A stretch of 64,000 bases of DNA from Octopus vulgaris (GCA_951406725.2 OX597827.1:16802001-16866000), one strand, 5' to 3'; shown: positions 1-14,829, numbered from the stretch's first letter. The notes: generated from the letters alone by a model not told the origin. Program-made: numbers and translations.

Positions 1-500
1 TTACGGTTCTCATGCTAAAAATTCTTTCTCTTTTAAGTTTTGAATGATTGTATCTTTTTATCCTCTTTCTTTACGATCCTAGAATCAAACGGACATGATG
101 GGGCGATTAATAAACAACTTCGTTTTTCCTTATTTATAATTGTGATATGCAACCAATTATTTTCTAACTTGTCTGTTTGAATAGGAAAGTCTCGACCCTA
201 GTACTCTTTCGACTCGATGACTGTACCATATGTTTACGGTTTCAAATCCCCATTTCTGAAGCAGATTCCAGTGTAAAACTCTTACAACCCGGTCGTGCCG
301 TCATTTCATATATTCTTCCTGTGCCAACTTGGGACATTCGGCCACACTGTTTGCTACTGTCCCATTCCAAGTTCCACTGTCTCTACATTTTTCTGACAGA
401 TTTTCTCCATACATATTTTCTCTCAAGTTGTTAGTTTCTACCACTTGATCTTAGGCTGCTACAATTAGGCTCTCTGTTATTTCTGTTTTTATTTACCCCT
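1..500 (-). mobile_element. Degraded R4/Dong-like RLE LINE, C-terminal fragment
   Basis: Manual minus-strand translation gives ESLIVAA*DQ...EKCR...ECPKLAQEEYMK*RHDRVVRVLHW...DFPIQTDK...CLLI. This is colinear with ORF 24516-25313 but has stops and frameshifts. Confidence 0.8.
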
Positions 501-810
501 TTTTTAAAAACTAAGACCAGAGTTTTGTTCCAAATTTTACTTGGTTATTTTGATTAAATTAGGTCCAATGGTGGACTATTTATATATAAACATAACTGAG
601 AATACTCAAAACAAACAATAGTTTTCATAAATAAGAGTTAATGCAACGCTTTCTTTACAATAATACATATACAGTGCCAAAATCGACCTTCCCTATTCTA
701 TCAACCAATTCCAGGATTTTTTTCAACATGCATCCTGAGTGGATTTCCAGATCTGTCCACGCAAGTTTTCTTTTCAATCTGTTCAACATTGCATTATTAT
801 CATAATTATT

Positions 811-1329
811 GAAAAAGAGAGAGAGTAGCGCATGACATCAGAGTGACCCTGGGGTACAAATATACGAAGCCCAATACACCCATCATGACTACCCGTCTGA
901 TAAGGATACACCAAGCACATGCATCACAAACATATGTGCGCGAGATATAGTGATCTTATATCAAGGCAAACAGTAAATGACCTTGCAGGTGAGACCCAGT
1001 TACGATTCTCAAAAGGTCCCCGAATGAGGGTTGTTTAAGGATGAAAATCAAAGACCGATGTTTCCAGGGGTCAATTTTAAAAACCCCAAACGATTCCTTT
1101 CAACACATGGCTATGATGCCACCCTACCACTACACGAGCTCGTGTTGAGAAATGCACATATCGTCAGCATAGGGTCAAGCGACTGGCAAGCAAATCAGTG
1201 GTATTGAGCAGAATATTTGCTGTAGTCCATCTTTTTATACCAAGACAAAACAATGTACATGATAACACTTCCAATCAATTAAGATCAGAAGCCATGAGAG
1301 TCACTGCCTGGTACTGCATCAGGGCATTT
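811..1329 (-). mobile_element. ~520-540 bp non-coding (AAT)n-associated retroposon, copy 1
   Basis: Reverse complement of 22119-22656 with the same 5' end (AAATGCCCTGATGCAGTACCAGG); abuts a TTA tract. Confidence 0.8.
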
Positions 1330-1348
1330 ATTATTATTATTGTTATTA

Positions 1349-1400
<52 letters not shown>

Positions 1401-1498
1401 CATCATCATCATCATCATCATTATCACCATCATCATCACCATTCACCACCACCACCACCACCACCACCACGACCACCACGACCACGACCACCACGACG

Positions 1499-1532
<34 letters not shown>

Positions 1533-1545
1533 TCATCATTCATCA

Positions 1546-1596
<51 letters not shown>
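1330..1596. repeat. Compound trinucleotide microsatellite (TTA/CAT/CAC)
   Basis: Visible directly; source of the poly-I, poly-H and poly-L ORFs. Confidence 0.95.
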
Positions 1597-2029
1597 GTTT
1601 TCTAGTTTTCAGATTATTACATTAAACGGGAAAGGACTGATAGGGAAGAAAATGTGTAAATTGAAAAAGAGAGAGAAAATGAGAAAACAAGAGGGCGATA
1701 AAGAAAATGAAAAAGCTATTGATGTGTATGGATACACACACACACACACATGCACACACACATACAAATACACACACTAATACACACAGGTGTGTATGTA
1801 TGTATGTATGTATGTATGTATGTATGTATGTATGTATGAGGACAGAGTGTGGTTAGAGGTTTGTCCACAGAGCCTGTTCTTTGCCAGTTAAATATATTGA
1901 ATGGGAATAAGATCAGTTACTGACTAATATGTGCTTGTGCATATACATACATACATACATACGTACAGATATCTGTGAGTGTATGCGTTTATGTATTACG
2001 CGTGTGTGTGTATGCATATACATACATAC

Positions 2030-2072
<43 letters not shown>

Positions 2073-2509
2073 CATACACATACATTTGTATATATGTATA
2101 CATAATAAAATAATAGTTAAAATATTAATTACATATATACATTATATAATTATATAAGAGAACAGGAAACATCTCAGCTCCAAGATGCATTTAGAGTAGG
2201 CCAAAATCGTTATAAGCGTTATTAAATATATAGATACTATATATAAATAAATATATATACTTAATATATACAAATATATATATATATATACATGCACACA
2301 TGCATTTCCGCATATATGCATCTATGTATATATGTAGATATGACATTACGTAAAGAGAACGCAAGAAGACGAGGAGAGGAAGAGGAGAAGATAGGGTGGG
2401 AGAGAACCTGATCTTCCCCAGAATGCTCATAACAGCTGGAAATCGAGAAACAGAATGCAATGAACGATAGAATTCACTCTCTCTCTCTTTCTATTGTGGT
2501 CTCCGTCCT

Positions 2510-3040
<531 letters not shown>

Positions 3041-3340
3041 ATGCAAAAATAACCTGTGATACAATGACAAATATAGGAAAAGATAGTCTATGTATAAGCT
3101 AGAAATAGATGAATAATGATCGAATTAGATAAAAATACATATGACGATAAGTATAGAAATGTAATGTATTCATATATGAGAAAATATAGATTGATAGGTA
3201 GATAAAAAAACAAGCAGACAGACAGATATATATATATATATAACAGAGTGGAGTTGTAAGGTACCGTACGAGTTGAATTATATATAAAAGAAGGTTTGAA
3301 AATGGAATTTTATCTTTTAAAATTACATTTTCAAACCGTC

Positions 3341-3472
<132 letters not shown>

Positions 3473-4118
3473 CTGCAGCCTCGCCATCTACCCTTACCAG
3501 AAATATTCGTTCTAATGATAAAATTACGAGAAATCTTCATCTAAAATGGCGGCCCTACAACAATGCTAATGAAATTCAGGACATTTGCGTTTGACGCTTT
3601 TCAGTGATTAAGTTTTAAAATATCTCTGCCTCACATCTGCCATAACAGCTAATGGGTGGATGAAGTGGTGATTATTGTGAGAAGTGGGTCGGTGATGGGA
3701 AAGCGGTTAAAGTTCAATCCCTTGGGTTTTCGCACGAGATAAAACCCATTTATTATATTTTATTAATTTTCAAATTACATTGGTTTTATGTTATTTTCTT
3801 AATTTGCGCAAGCAAGACACATACACCTCCAGATTCATCTATGGCAAACACTCACGCATTGATGGATAGAGGGAAATGTATGCAAACAACCCTTCATGTG
3901 TATATAGAAATGATACATGCATACGTATGCATATATACTTTCAGACATAAACAAGCAAACGTGTTCTTCACACGCGAACACGTATAGATACGGTCATGTG
4001 TAATAAAGTATACTATTTGGATAATTTTTAGCTATTTCTTACTAGATCCATCAATCCGATCACTTAACCATACATACATACATACATACATACATACATA
4101 CATACATACATACATACA

Positions 4119-4149
<31 letters not shown>

Positions 4150-4243
4150 TTATATATGTAATATATATGTATGACTATATATACATTTATATATATACAC
4201 ATATATACAGATATAAATGCATATACATATATCCATGTTTGTT

Positions 4244-4290
<47 letters not shown>

Positions 4291-4525
4291 ATGTGTGAAT
4301 ATACTCATATATGCGTGAGTATATATACATGTGTGTGTGTATATTTATATTAAATATTTAAGCAGAAATATATATATGCATATACATTAAAGTTAATATA
4401 CAACTTATCCCTCTAACCTCTCTCAATTTCACATTTCTCTATTTTCCTCCTCCTCCTTTCACTTACTCCTCTCCCAATCCCCCCGTCACTCCACCTCTGT
4501 TTCTCTCTCTGTCTCTGTCTCTGTT

Positions 4526-4574
<49 letters not shown>

Positions 4575-5569
4575 TTATATATATAATTATTATAAATAAA
4601 TATATATGTGTATATATACATATGCGTATACATCCTGAAGTATTGGAAATAATCCAGTTTACGCGAGTATTTTTCTCTCTCGCTTCCTATTCTCCGAAAT
4701 TGAAATCAATTTATATTTAAAAAAAACCCAAAATGAAACATCATCAATCGAAAACAAAAACTTTAAAAAAAAAACTCAAATAACTAACCACACAAATAAA
4801 TTTATTGATTGATTGGATCAATCCATAAACACCCCTTCCACCATCATTTTTGAAAGAAGAAAACAACAGCAACTAAGACAACAAAAGCACCACCATCACC
4901 ATGACCACCACCACTACCACCACCAGTAAAAACAGCAGCAGCAACAACAACAACAACAACAACACCAGCAGCAGAACAGTAACTATAGAACTTGACAATG
5001 TTCTGGTGAACGGCAAAGGAGCACTTGACCTTCTTTTATAATTTTTATAAATAAATTTTCTGCTCACATTTTCAATTTCGTCTGTGGAGGCCGGGGATGG
5101 ACGGGACAATTGACATGAATTTCAAATATACTTTCGGGTTTAAGGATTCAAGGATTTGATGGACACTATGTTGCTTTCTGTTTTTCTCCCATCTATTTTT
5201 AGTGTTATATCTTCATTACTTGATAATCATTAATTTTTGATAATGCTATTAATTTATAGGTGATAATACCGTTTTCGAGAACGCTACTATTTTATCTTTC
5301 CTTATTTGCAACAAAAAAAACAAAACAAAAAATATTATGAAGATCATGGTAAGTTGGTGGCAATTCTTTTTTCTGTTTTTGTTCCCCATATTTTTTTTTG
5401 GTATCTTCCATATATTTGCCTTTAATTTTGACTTTGGATAATGTTATTTTTTCTTAATATTATAATTGATGATAATTCTATTTTTGACAATTCCGATTAT
5501 TTCCTTTTCTCTAAAATAACATTTTGTTTTCTTATTTTCTAATTTTCTACTCCTTTACTACTACTACGA

Positions 5570-5623
<54 letters not shown>

Positions 5624-5900
5624 AGACCACCACCACAATGACCACGACGACGACGACGACGACCACCACCACCACTACTACTACGAATGTTGTTTCTGTG
5701 GAATTGGAAACAGAAGCCAAATGATCAATTTCTAATTAGGATTGTGATGATGTTTTTCTTTTCTTTTTTTTTCTTGTTTGTCAATGTCGCCATAATGAGT
5801 GGAAACAACTAAATACCACAAGGTATTCTGTATGATGCTCTTTACAGATACCGAAGCTCCACAGTTCTTTTTGCTTCTGTCCTTGTGCATGTTCTTGTTC

Positions 5901-6068
5901 TACTACTACTACTACTACTACTACTACCGCCACACAACAACCACCACTACTACTACTACTACTACTACCACTACTACCACCACTACTACTACTACCACCA
6001 CAACCACTACTACTACTATTACTACTACTACCACCAAAAACACCACCACTACTACTACTACCACCACA

Positions 6069-6123
<55 letters not shown>

Positions 6124-6465
6124 TTACTACTACTACTGCTACCACCACCACAACCACCACCACAACCAAAACACTACTACTACTATTACTACTACTACCA
6201 CCACCACCACCACCACCACTACTACTACTACTACCACCACCACCCTCATCACCACCATCACCACTACCACCACCACCACTACTACTACTACTACTACCAC
6301 GACCACGACCACCACGACCACGATCACAACGACCACGACGACGACGACGACGACGACCACCACCACCACCACCACCACCACCACCACCACCACCACCACC
6401 ACCACCACTACTACTACTACTGCTACTACTACTACTAATTATAATAATAATAGTAATAATAATAA
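5901..6465. repeat. (ACT/ACC/ACG)n compound microsatellite
   Basis: Visible directly. Confidence 0.95.
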
Positions 6466-6672
6466 TGGTTTCAAATTTTGGCACAAAGCCAGCAATTTCG
6501 GGGTGGGAGTACAGTCGATTACACCGACCTTAGTATTCAACTAGTACTTATTTTATCGACCCCGAAACGAGGAAAGGCAAAGTCAACCTCGGCGTAATTT
6601 GAACTCAGAACGTGAAGACGGACGCAATGCCGCTAATCATTTTGCCCAGCGTGTTAAAGATTCTCGCTGCCT

Positions 6673-6743
<71 letters not shown>

Positions 6744-7400
6744 ATAATAATAATGATAATGATAGTTTCAAATTTTGGCACAAGGTCAGCAATTTTAGGA
6801 AAGAGGTACAGTCGATTACATCGACCCCAGTGCTCAATTGTTAACTTATTTTATTGACTCCGAAAGGATGAAAGGCAAAGTCGACCTCGGCGGAATTTGA
6901 ACTTAGGACATAAAGACGAACGAAATGCCGCTAAGCATTTTATCCGACGTGCTAATGATTCTGCCAGCTCGCCGCCTTGACAATAAAGATACTAATCAAT
7001 TCTACTAAAGGAGATGTTGAGGGAGGTGACTAGTCGATTACATCGACCCCAGTATTTCACTGGTACTTAATTTTATCGACCCCGAAAAGAGGAAAGGTAA
7101 AGTTGACCTCAGTAGAATTTGAACTCAGACGGTAACTGCGGACGAAATGTCACTAAGTATTTTGCTCGGCGTGCTAACGACACCGCCAGTTCGCCGTCTT
7201 ATCAATAATGACAATAATGGTTTCTGTTTTTTGGAAAAAGACCGGATCTTTTGAGAAAAGGAGCTTAATCGATTCCATCTATCTCAGCATTTGACTGCCA
7301 TTTTAGCTTACCGACAACAGAGGGACGAAAGGCAAATTTGAACTCCAGATGTAAACAAACTTAACTAAATATCCCAAGGTATTTTGTCTGATGAATAATA
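6466..7400 (-). mobile_element. Cluster of four older SINE-A-related copies with an alternative tail (A2)
   Basis: Copies at ~6466-6673, 6764-6978, 7000-7200 and 7215-7400 share the TCGACCCCGAAAGGATGAAAGGCAAAGTCGACCTCGGCGGAATTTGAACTC core; the last is very decayed. Confidence 0.8.
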
Positions 7401-7439
7401 GAACAAAGGCAATATGAATCAATCTCATGGCTTCCGAGT

Positions 7440-7550
7440 TGGTGGTGGTGGTGGTGGTGGTGGTGGTAGTGGTGGTGGTGATGGTGGTGGTTAGTGGTGG
7501 TAGTAGTGGTGGTGGTGATGGTGGTGGTGGTGGTGGTAGTAGTGGTGGTG

Positions 7551-7600
<50 letters not shown>

Positions 7601-7697
7601 GGTGGTGGTGGTGGTAGTGGTGGTCATAGCAATAGTAGTAGTAGTGGTGTTGGTGGAGGTGGTGGTGGTTGTTGTGGTGGTGGTGGTTGTGGTAGTG

Positions 7698-7760
<63 letters not shown>
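7440..7760. repeat. (GGT/AGT)n compound microsatellite
   Basis: Visible directly; complementary to the tract at 5901-6465. Confidence 0.95.
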
Positions 7761-7761
<1 letters not shown>

Positions 7762-8248
7762 AACAAGAACATGCAAAAGAACAAAAGCAAAATATATTGT
7801 TTATAGAGAGAAACAGAGAGCTTTCGGGACAAACAAAACAAAGTGAAACGGTCCCAGAACACCAGTTTCAGTGGATGGGGCGGCGGCGGCTTAGTATCAC
7901 AGAACGCTGCTGACCAAACCGAAAATTACGCAACAACAACAACAACAACAACAGTTAAAAAACAAATAAATTACATCGAAATGATGACAAAAGTTTTGTG
8001 TGTTGTTTGGTTTGTATAATTTATTGATGTTTACTTCATATAATTAATGCATTAAGAATATTCATAGAGGTCAGCGAACTGATGGCTCGTGTAAACAAAC
8101 TATTATAAGACACCAGACCAATTCCGCCACTTGCTTTGAAAAACAAATGTAAAGACAAAAACACGTAGGCATGGCTGTGAAGTGAAATATCTTGTTTCAC
8201 ACTCTCGTGGTTTTGAGTTCAGTCTGACTTCCCGGCATCTTGGATACC

Positions 8249-8681
8249 GGATCTTTTCGGTTTCAACGGCAATTTTTTTCTAGCGGTGTGATATGAAATT
8301 GACACCCATAATTATGACCCCAGTATCGATCTATTGCATTTCAATCTGTTTTAGGGTTAGGGTTAGGTTTAGGGTTAGGGGTGGGGGAAGGGTATCTTTT
8401 TTTCTTCACAAATGTATATAAACCCAATCTGTTTCTTAAACGAGGAACATATGCATACGGCACAGAATGTTTTTTTTTTTTACCTCAATAGACGTCATTG
8501 ATTGGTTGAAACAGCAGAAATTGAAGAAAAATACTACAAATATCTTACAAACTATGGAATTTTCTCAATAAAGCCAAGAGAAAAAGATGTTTATAAACAC
8601 ATTCTACCAGTATACGAAGTTTAAAATTTTTTAGTTACCTAGAAATTATGTTAAAATCTGCCGTTCAAACCGAAAAGATCC
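8249..8681. mobile_element. MITE with ~24-bp TIRs and 8-bp TSD (Merlin-like), internal TTAGGG repeats; nested in an old SINE-E head
   Basis: TIR GGATCTTTTCGGTTTCAACGGCA / TGCCGTTCAAACCGAAAAGATCC; TSD TGGATACC/TGGATGCC; second copy at 30390. Confidence 0.88.
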
Positions 8682-9188
8682 TGGATGCCTTCTACTATAG
8701 CATCGGACCGACCAATGACTTCTGAAATATTAAGTTGACTGGTGTAAGACTTGAACTCAAAACGACTTAACCAAATGCGTAAATCTATGTTGTTCAGCGC
8801 CCCATAAATTCTCTTATGTACAGCCATTGATATATTCTGCTAACTAAATTTTTTTAAAGTTTTCGCTTTCATATTATTTGGACAAAAAATTCTGAAAAGA
8901 TATTTCATTTTGAATTAAACTTAGAATCTTCAAAGACATTTCGAATAAAATAAAAGAAACGGCAGTAACAAAACCAAGTGTAACAGAATATTGAATAACA
9001 AAGGAAATTGTTAATTTTTCATTCACATCAGGTGATATATCGAACTTTTCCCGTTTCTTTTTATGTTGTTAGCTGCTGCTTTTTCACTTGTCTTCCTTGT
9101 TTTTGCCATCTTTTGTCACAAAGTTATCAAACGATAGTTCGCATTTTTCTCAGCCTTCATTTTCCATTCGCTCGCATATACACACACG

Positions 9189-9294
<106 letters not shown>

Positions 9295-9388
9295 AAGATG
9301 CATATAAAACATAAAACTATTGACACGAACGCACATTATACTTAGAAGAAAAAGACAGAGAAAGAGCGAAAGACAAAGGTACAGATAG

Positions 9389-9453
<65 letters not shown>

Positions 9454-10028
9454 GAATGAATGAATGAATGAATGAAAAAAAGGAAGAAGAATAGCGGCAA
9501 AAAAAATTAAATTACTTGAAACTATGTCGACGGAAATTTACATCACTTGAAAAAGAATGTGAATGGTTCGTACAATACGATGCAGTGAGCTGAAGTGGTC
9601 GATTGCTCTCAATGTTATACACTGCTTGCAGTCCTGTATATTTGCAACATGCTACATTTGCGGGCCGCTCTTCATTTACATCCAACGACACACGCATCTC
9701 AGAGAGCCTAAAAACACGCAACATATTTTTACACTTGGACTCCCTCAGCGTGAAACCATTGAACTTGTAGACTGCAACCGCTTCAACATAATATGCTTGC
9801 AACCCACTTACAGATCGCACTCAGCTATATTCATTACCAACAACGCTTCCAAACTATTGCACTCATCACTCGCTACCACAGGCAGTTTGCAACAATTGTG
9901 CCTCACAATCACGCGGAGCTCATTACACGTCTAGGCTACCACGCATCATGCAGTTATTTTATGTAGTATAATCAGTTATTTTACAGAAGTAGTAACTAAA
10001 TCTCCATTCCTTAAATCATACCATACAT

Positions 10029-11011
10029 ATTTCTTTACTGCCCACAAGGGGCTACACACAGAAGGGAAAAACAAGGAGGGACAAACGGATTAACGATTAC
10101 ATCCACCGCAGTGCATAACTGGTACTTAATTTATCAACCCCGAAAGGATGAAAGGCAAAGTCGACATCGGCGGAATTTAAACTCAGAACGTAGCGGCTGA
10201 CGAAATACCTATTTCTTTACTACCCACAAGGGTCTAAACACAGAGAGGACAAACAAGGACAGACAAACGGATTAAGTCGATTACATCGACCCTAGTGCGT
10301 AACTGGTACTTAATTTATCGACCCCGAAAGGATGAAAGGCAAAGTCGACCTCGGCAGAATTTGAACTCAGAACGTAGCGGCAGACGAAATACCGCTAAGC
10401 ATTTCGCCCATCGTGCTAACGACTCTGCCAGCTCACTGCTTTCCTTAAATCATACCATACCTATTTCTTTATTACCCATAAGAGGCTAAACATAGAGGGG
10501 ACAAACAAGGACAGACAAACGGATTAAGTCGATTACATCGACTCCTGTGCGTTACTGGTACTTAATGTATCGACCCCGAAAGGATGAAAGGCAAAGTCGA
10601 CCTCGGCGGAATTTGAACTCAGAACGTAGCGGCAGACGAAATACCTATTTCTGTACTACCCACAAGGGGCTAAACACAGAAAGGACAAACAAGGACAGAC
10701 AAACGGATTAAGTCGATTACATCGCCCATCGTGCTAACGACTCTGCCAGCTCACCGCTTTCCTTAAATCATACCATACCTATTTCTTTATTACCCACAAG
10801 GGGCTAAACATAGAGAGGACAAACAAGGACAGACATAGGTATTAAGTCGATTACATCGCCCCAGTGCGTTACTAGTACTTAATTTATCGACCCCGAAAGG
10901 ATGAAATGCAAAGTCGACCTCGGCGGAATTTGAACTTACAACGTAACGGCAGACGAAATACCGCTAAGCATTTCGCCCGGCGTGCTGACGTTTCTGCCAG
11001 CTCTCGACGCC
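10029..11011 (-). mobile_element. Array of five SINE-A units in three blocks delimited by a 20-bp repeat
   Basis: ~184-230 bp units with box B-like GAGTTCAAATTCC on the minus strand; TTCCTTAAATCATACCATAC occurs four times. Confidence 0.92.
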
Positions 11012-11680
11012 TTCCTTAAATCATACCATACCATCTTAGTAAAGATACGTTAGATAACGTGGTGTTAGGTCATTTGCATATAAGAAAATCAAATACGTGA
11101 GGATCACGGCTGTTACTCTTCTGATCATAAGTATGCTCAGACCGGATTGACCCGGTGTTAATTAACAATAACAACTACTGTATTTGGCAAGAAACTCTGC
11201 AAGCCTTTAAACTTACAGGATACTGCACTTGCAGTCCAATGCACTTGCTGTCTATTTCCTTTGCAAACCATCGTATTTGCAGCTTACTTCACATACAGCC
11301 CGCTACACAAGCACCGTACTGTGCACAGAACTTAATCTATTTTACTTAACGATATCTTAACAGCCGTGAAAAGATGTCTTTGGAGAAGGAGAGAATGAAC
11401 AGATATTTATATATATATATATATCAAGGAATGCATGGCTATAAAGAGCAACTATTGGTAAATCTAAGCGGGCGTTGAACTTTGCAACCAGAGAAATATT
11501 CTCCAACAGTTCACCACATTACGGGTTATTTGCAGAGATGTCACATAATATGCTCTGTGACAAATGTACAGAATATCAGCAGTGATGTAATGTAGAGAGA
11601 AGGAAAATCACTATCCATTTTTTGCCAAAGGGGAAACCGCAGGGCAGTCGAACAACTGCACTGTCAAATTGTCCGCAAAC

Positions 11681-11740
<60 letters not shown>

Positions 11741-12039
11741 TTATGGCATTAAATAAAGAATTAAATATTGAGAATGTCTATGATACACACAAAAAACAAA
11801 AGAAAAAGAAAGAAGTCAAGATGTGAACTTCGTCCTTATCCTTTCCACTGTAAAACCGCGCTACCTACCGAAAATAACAGTAAAAATCTCTGTCGAAATA
11901 CTTCATACTGTCTGAAAGGACACATTAGATTCAGTAGATCTATATGCTCCCGAAAAGACTTCAATGTTGCCTGTCATAGGTCTGATAGATACCAAGGTCG
12001 TGCTATGGCTAAAAGATAAGGAAAACTATTATAAGCGCT

Positions 12040-12660
12040 TTTAAGAATGGCTGTGTTTTAAGCAGAACCACTCATACGAGTCTCTTAAGTAGAAGTAGAT
12101 GAAGCTGATGGTAAGGATACATATGTAGAGATGAAGATATGTATCTTGACCTTTACTACAAAATCAGATTAATACTTAATACTGAACTCAATGTCAGAAA
12201 TAAGATAATAGGTATAAATAAATTAGTCAACCAGGTATCATGAACTGTATTTTCAGCATGATGAATTGGAAGCTGAGTGACCCGATGAAGCTTGACAGTG
12301 AGGGGGATGTACAAAACTACTCGCTACTTAATGCTCTGATCTGATAAAGAGGAAATATAGTTAACCCACACACGCACATAGAGCAACAGTCTCGATACAA
12401 ATAGAGAAGCAATAAGAGGTAACGAGTTCGTCTTGAAAAAATATTAGAAGCAAAATCATAGCCAGACTGATTTATTTGATAAAGAAATAGAAACAGAGCA
12501 AAACAATAATATTTCTCTTTATTGAATCAAAGAATGAACTACATACAGCATTGAGTGAAGAAGTAAAACATAATAAAGAATAAGAAACATGCAAAAGGAA
12601 ATACTAAAGGAAAAATTGTTAAGTAAAACACCTTCATAGTCAGCAACGAGTAAGCTTTGA
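12040..12660 (+). mobile_element. Highly degraded R4/Dong-like RT thumb fragment
   Basis: 12181 onward reads TELNVRNKIIGINKL, matching NARNKVLAINSL (24075) and KLNGRNKTEAINTW (38030). Boundaries approximate. Confidence 0.5.
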
Positions 12661-12680
12661 TGGAGAATGAAAACAATATA

Positions 12681-12910
12681 TATTTCTTTATTGCACACAA
12701 GGGGCTAAACATAGAGGGGACAAACAAGGACAGACATAGGTATTAAGTCGATTACATCGACCCCAGTGCGAAACTGGTACTTTATTTATCGACCCCGAAA
12801 GTATGAAAGGCAAAGTCGACCATGGCGGAATTTGAACTCAGAACAAAACGACAGATGAAATACCGCTAAGCATTTCGTCCGGCGCGCTAACGTTTCTGCC
12901 AGCCCGCCGC
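12681..12910 (-). mobile_element. tRNA-derived SINE-A monomer
   Basis: Box A/B-like head; TSD GAAAACAATATA. Confidence 0.92.
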
Positions 12911-13171
12911 AGAAAACAATATAATCTATCCTAATCAATGCGAAATGTTGTGCATGTTTACGTGGTTTCCTGCTTTTTAGATTAAGTCTCTTGGGGGTCC
13001 TTTCATGCAAATGGTACATATTTGGGGTCACAGTAACTCCGGGAGTGTTTCTATGCTACCTTGGTCGACTGGGCGGCGGCGCAAATTCAGACCAGCGTAT
13101 AACACATTTAGTTCTTACGACCAGCAAAATGCGAACAAAGAAACTTTACAAAGAAGCAGAAGTATAAAAAA

Positions 13172-13495
13172 TGGCACTCCGTCGGTTAAGACGACGAACG
13201 TTCCAGTTGATCCAATCAGCAGAACAACTTGCTCGTGAAATTAACGTGCAAGTGGCCGAGCACTCCACAGACAGGCGTGACCTTAACGTAGTTCTGAGAG
13301 ATTTTCAGCGTCACTCAGAACGTCACAGGACTGGCCCTTTGCAATACAGGCACTACACATTTTTGGCAGGTGACTGGGCTAGAGCAACGTGAAATAAAGT
13401 GTCTTGCTCAAGAACACAACGCATCGCCGGAAATCGAGCTCACGACCTTACAATAGTGAGCCGAATACGCTAACCATTAAGCCACGTACCTTCAC
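13172..13495 (-). mobile_element. tRNA-derived SINE with H-type head and G-type tail
   Basis: Head TGGCTTAATGG...CTTGAGCAAGACACTTTATTTCAC; tail ...CGTCTTAACCGACGGAGTGC as in 39080-39464; TSD ~GAAGYAGAAGTATA. Confidence 0.8.
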
Positions 13496-14383
13496 GAAGT
13501 AGAAGTATAGAGAACACAAAAACCTGGATATTGGTTGGGGGAATTAACCTTTAACCTGTTCTAAAATTGGATGACAAGCAGTGAAAATAATTAACCTTCT
13601 CGAAATTCCTTTAGCTTTTACACATGCTTTGGCAGTAAAATATTTTTCATGTTAGTTTGGGATAAGATGCCGCAGAGTAGCAATTTTATTATTGATCCAA
13701 TCCTTTCTTTCCAGACGAAATCTATAGAGCATGAATTGACAGTCAGTTTCCTCATATTGACTCGATTATCTCAAACCGAAAACGTTTTCTCTTTTATATC
13801 ACGGGCTAACGATTATGGTTTCAAATAGATTTTAAGTGTCAAATTAAAATTCGTGGACGATAAAATCATATTATTATATTTTTTTAAATTATTGACACGA
13901 CATTAGAAACAGTGTACATGTCGATATGAAGTTAGAAAGCTGGAAAAGCAAAATTGGAAAAACCAAAAGCCTGAATAGCGAAAATTCGTGAACTCCGCTA
14001 AAAATGTAGGAAAACTGGGGAAAGATTAAGTGAAGTTTTGACTCTAGGTGATCTTGTGGAGTTTTAGATTGTAAAATTCTCTAAATATTACTCACACACA
14101 GGTTCCGGAAAATCGATCGAAATTTTGACTCGACAAATTTTCGCATCATAATTTTTTTTCTGTCTTACTTTTTCTTTCGGTTCAAAGACCAACCAATAAC
14201 GCTCCGCATTTTTAACTGTAAAATCAATGTCTTGCGCCATTCCAAGTACCTCCAAATTAAAGTAACAGCAGATTAGTATCAGGCAATATGCATGCATACA
14301 AACATCCATCCATCCATCCATCCATATATATATACATATATACATACATACATACATACATACATATAACATAGATGCATGCC

Positions 14384-14413
<30 letters not shown>

Positions 14414-14416
<3 letters not shown>

Positions 14417-14640
14417 TTCTTTACTACCCACAAGGGGCTAAACACAGAGGGGACAAACAAGGACAAAGGGATTAAGTCGATTACATCAACCCCAGTGCGT
14501 AACTGGTACTTAATTTATCGACCCCGGAAGGATGAAAGGCAAAGTCGACCTCGGCGGAATTTGAACTCGGAACGTAACGACAGACGAAATACGGCTACGC
14601 ATTTCGCCCGGCGTGCTAACGTTTCTGCCAGCTCGCCGCC
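14414..14640 (-). mobile_element. SINE-A monomer
   Basis: Near-identical to other A copies; flanked by TA tracts. Confidence 0.92.
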
Positions 14641-14645
14641 ATAAA

Positions 14646-14765
<120 letters not shown>

Positions 14766-14778
14766 GTAAGGGTATGTG

Positions 14779-14829
<51 letters not shown>

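Noticed and set aside
5799-7913. Poly-T/Y/V/G/P ORFs resembling mucin or glycine-rich proteins
   Set aside because: Trinucleotide microsatellites open in several frames on both strands; no supporting gene structure.
8351-8392. Telomere or chromosome fusion site
   Set aside because: The short TTAGGG run lies inside a TIR/TSD-bounded MITE present twice.
10295-10489. Recurrent small [23 protein letters not shown] (also at 14375, 45661, 61297)
   Set aside because: Antisense translation of SINE-A; recurrence reflects repeat copies.
10007-11031. CRISPR array
   Set aside because: The spacers are 230-415 bp SINE blocks, the context is eukaryotic and there are no cas genes.
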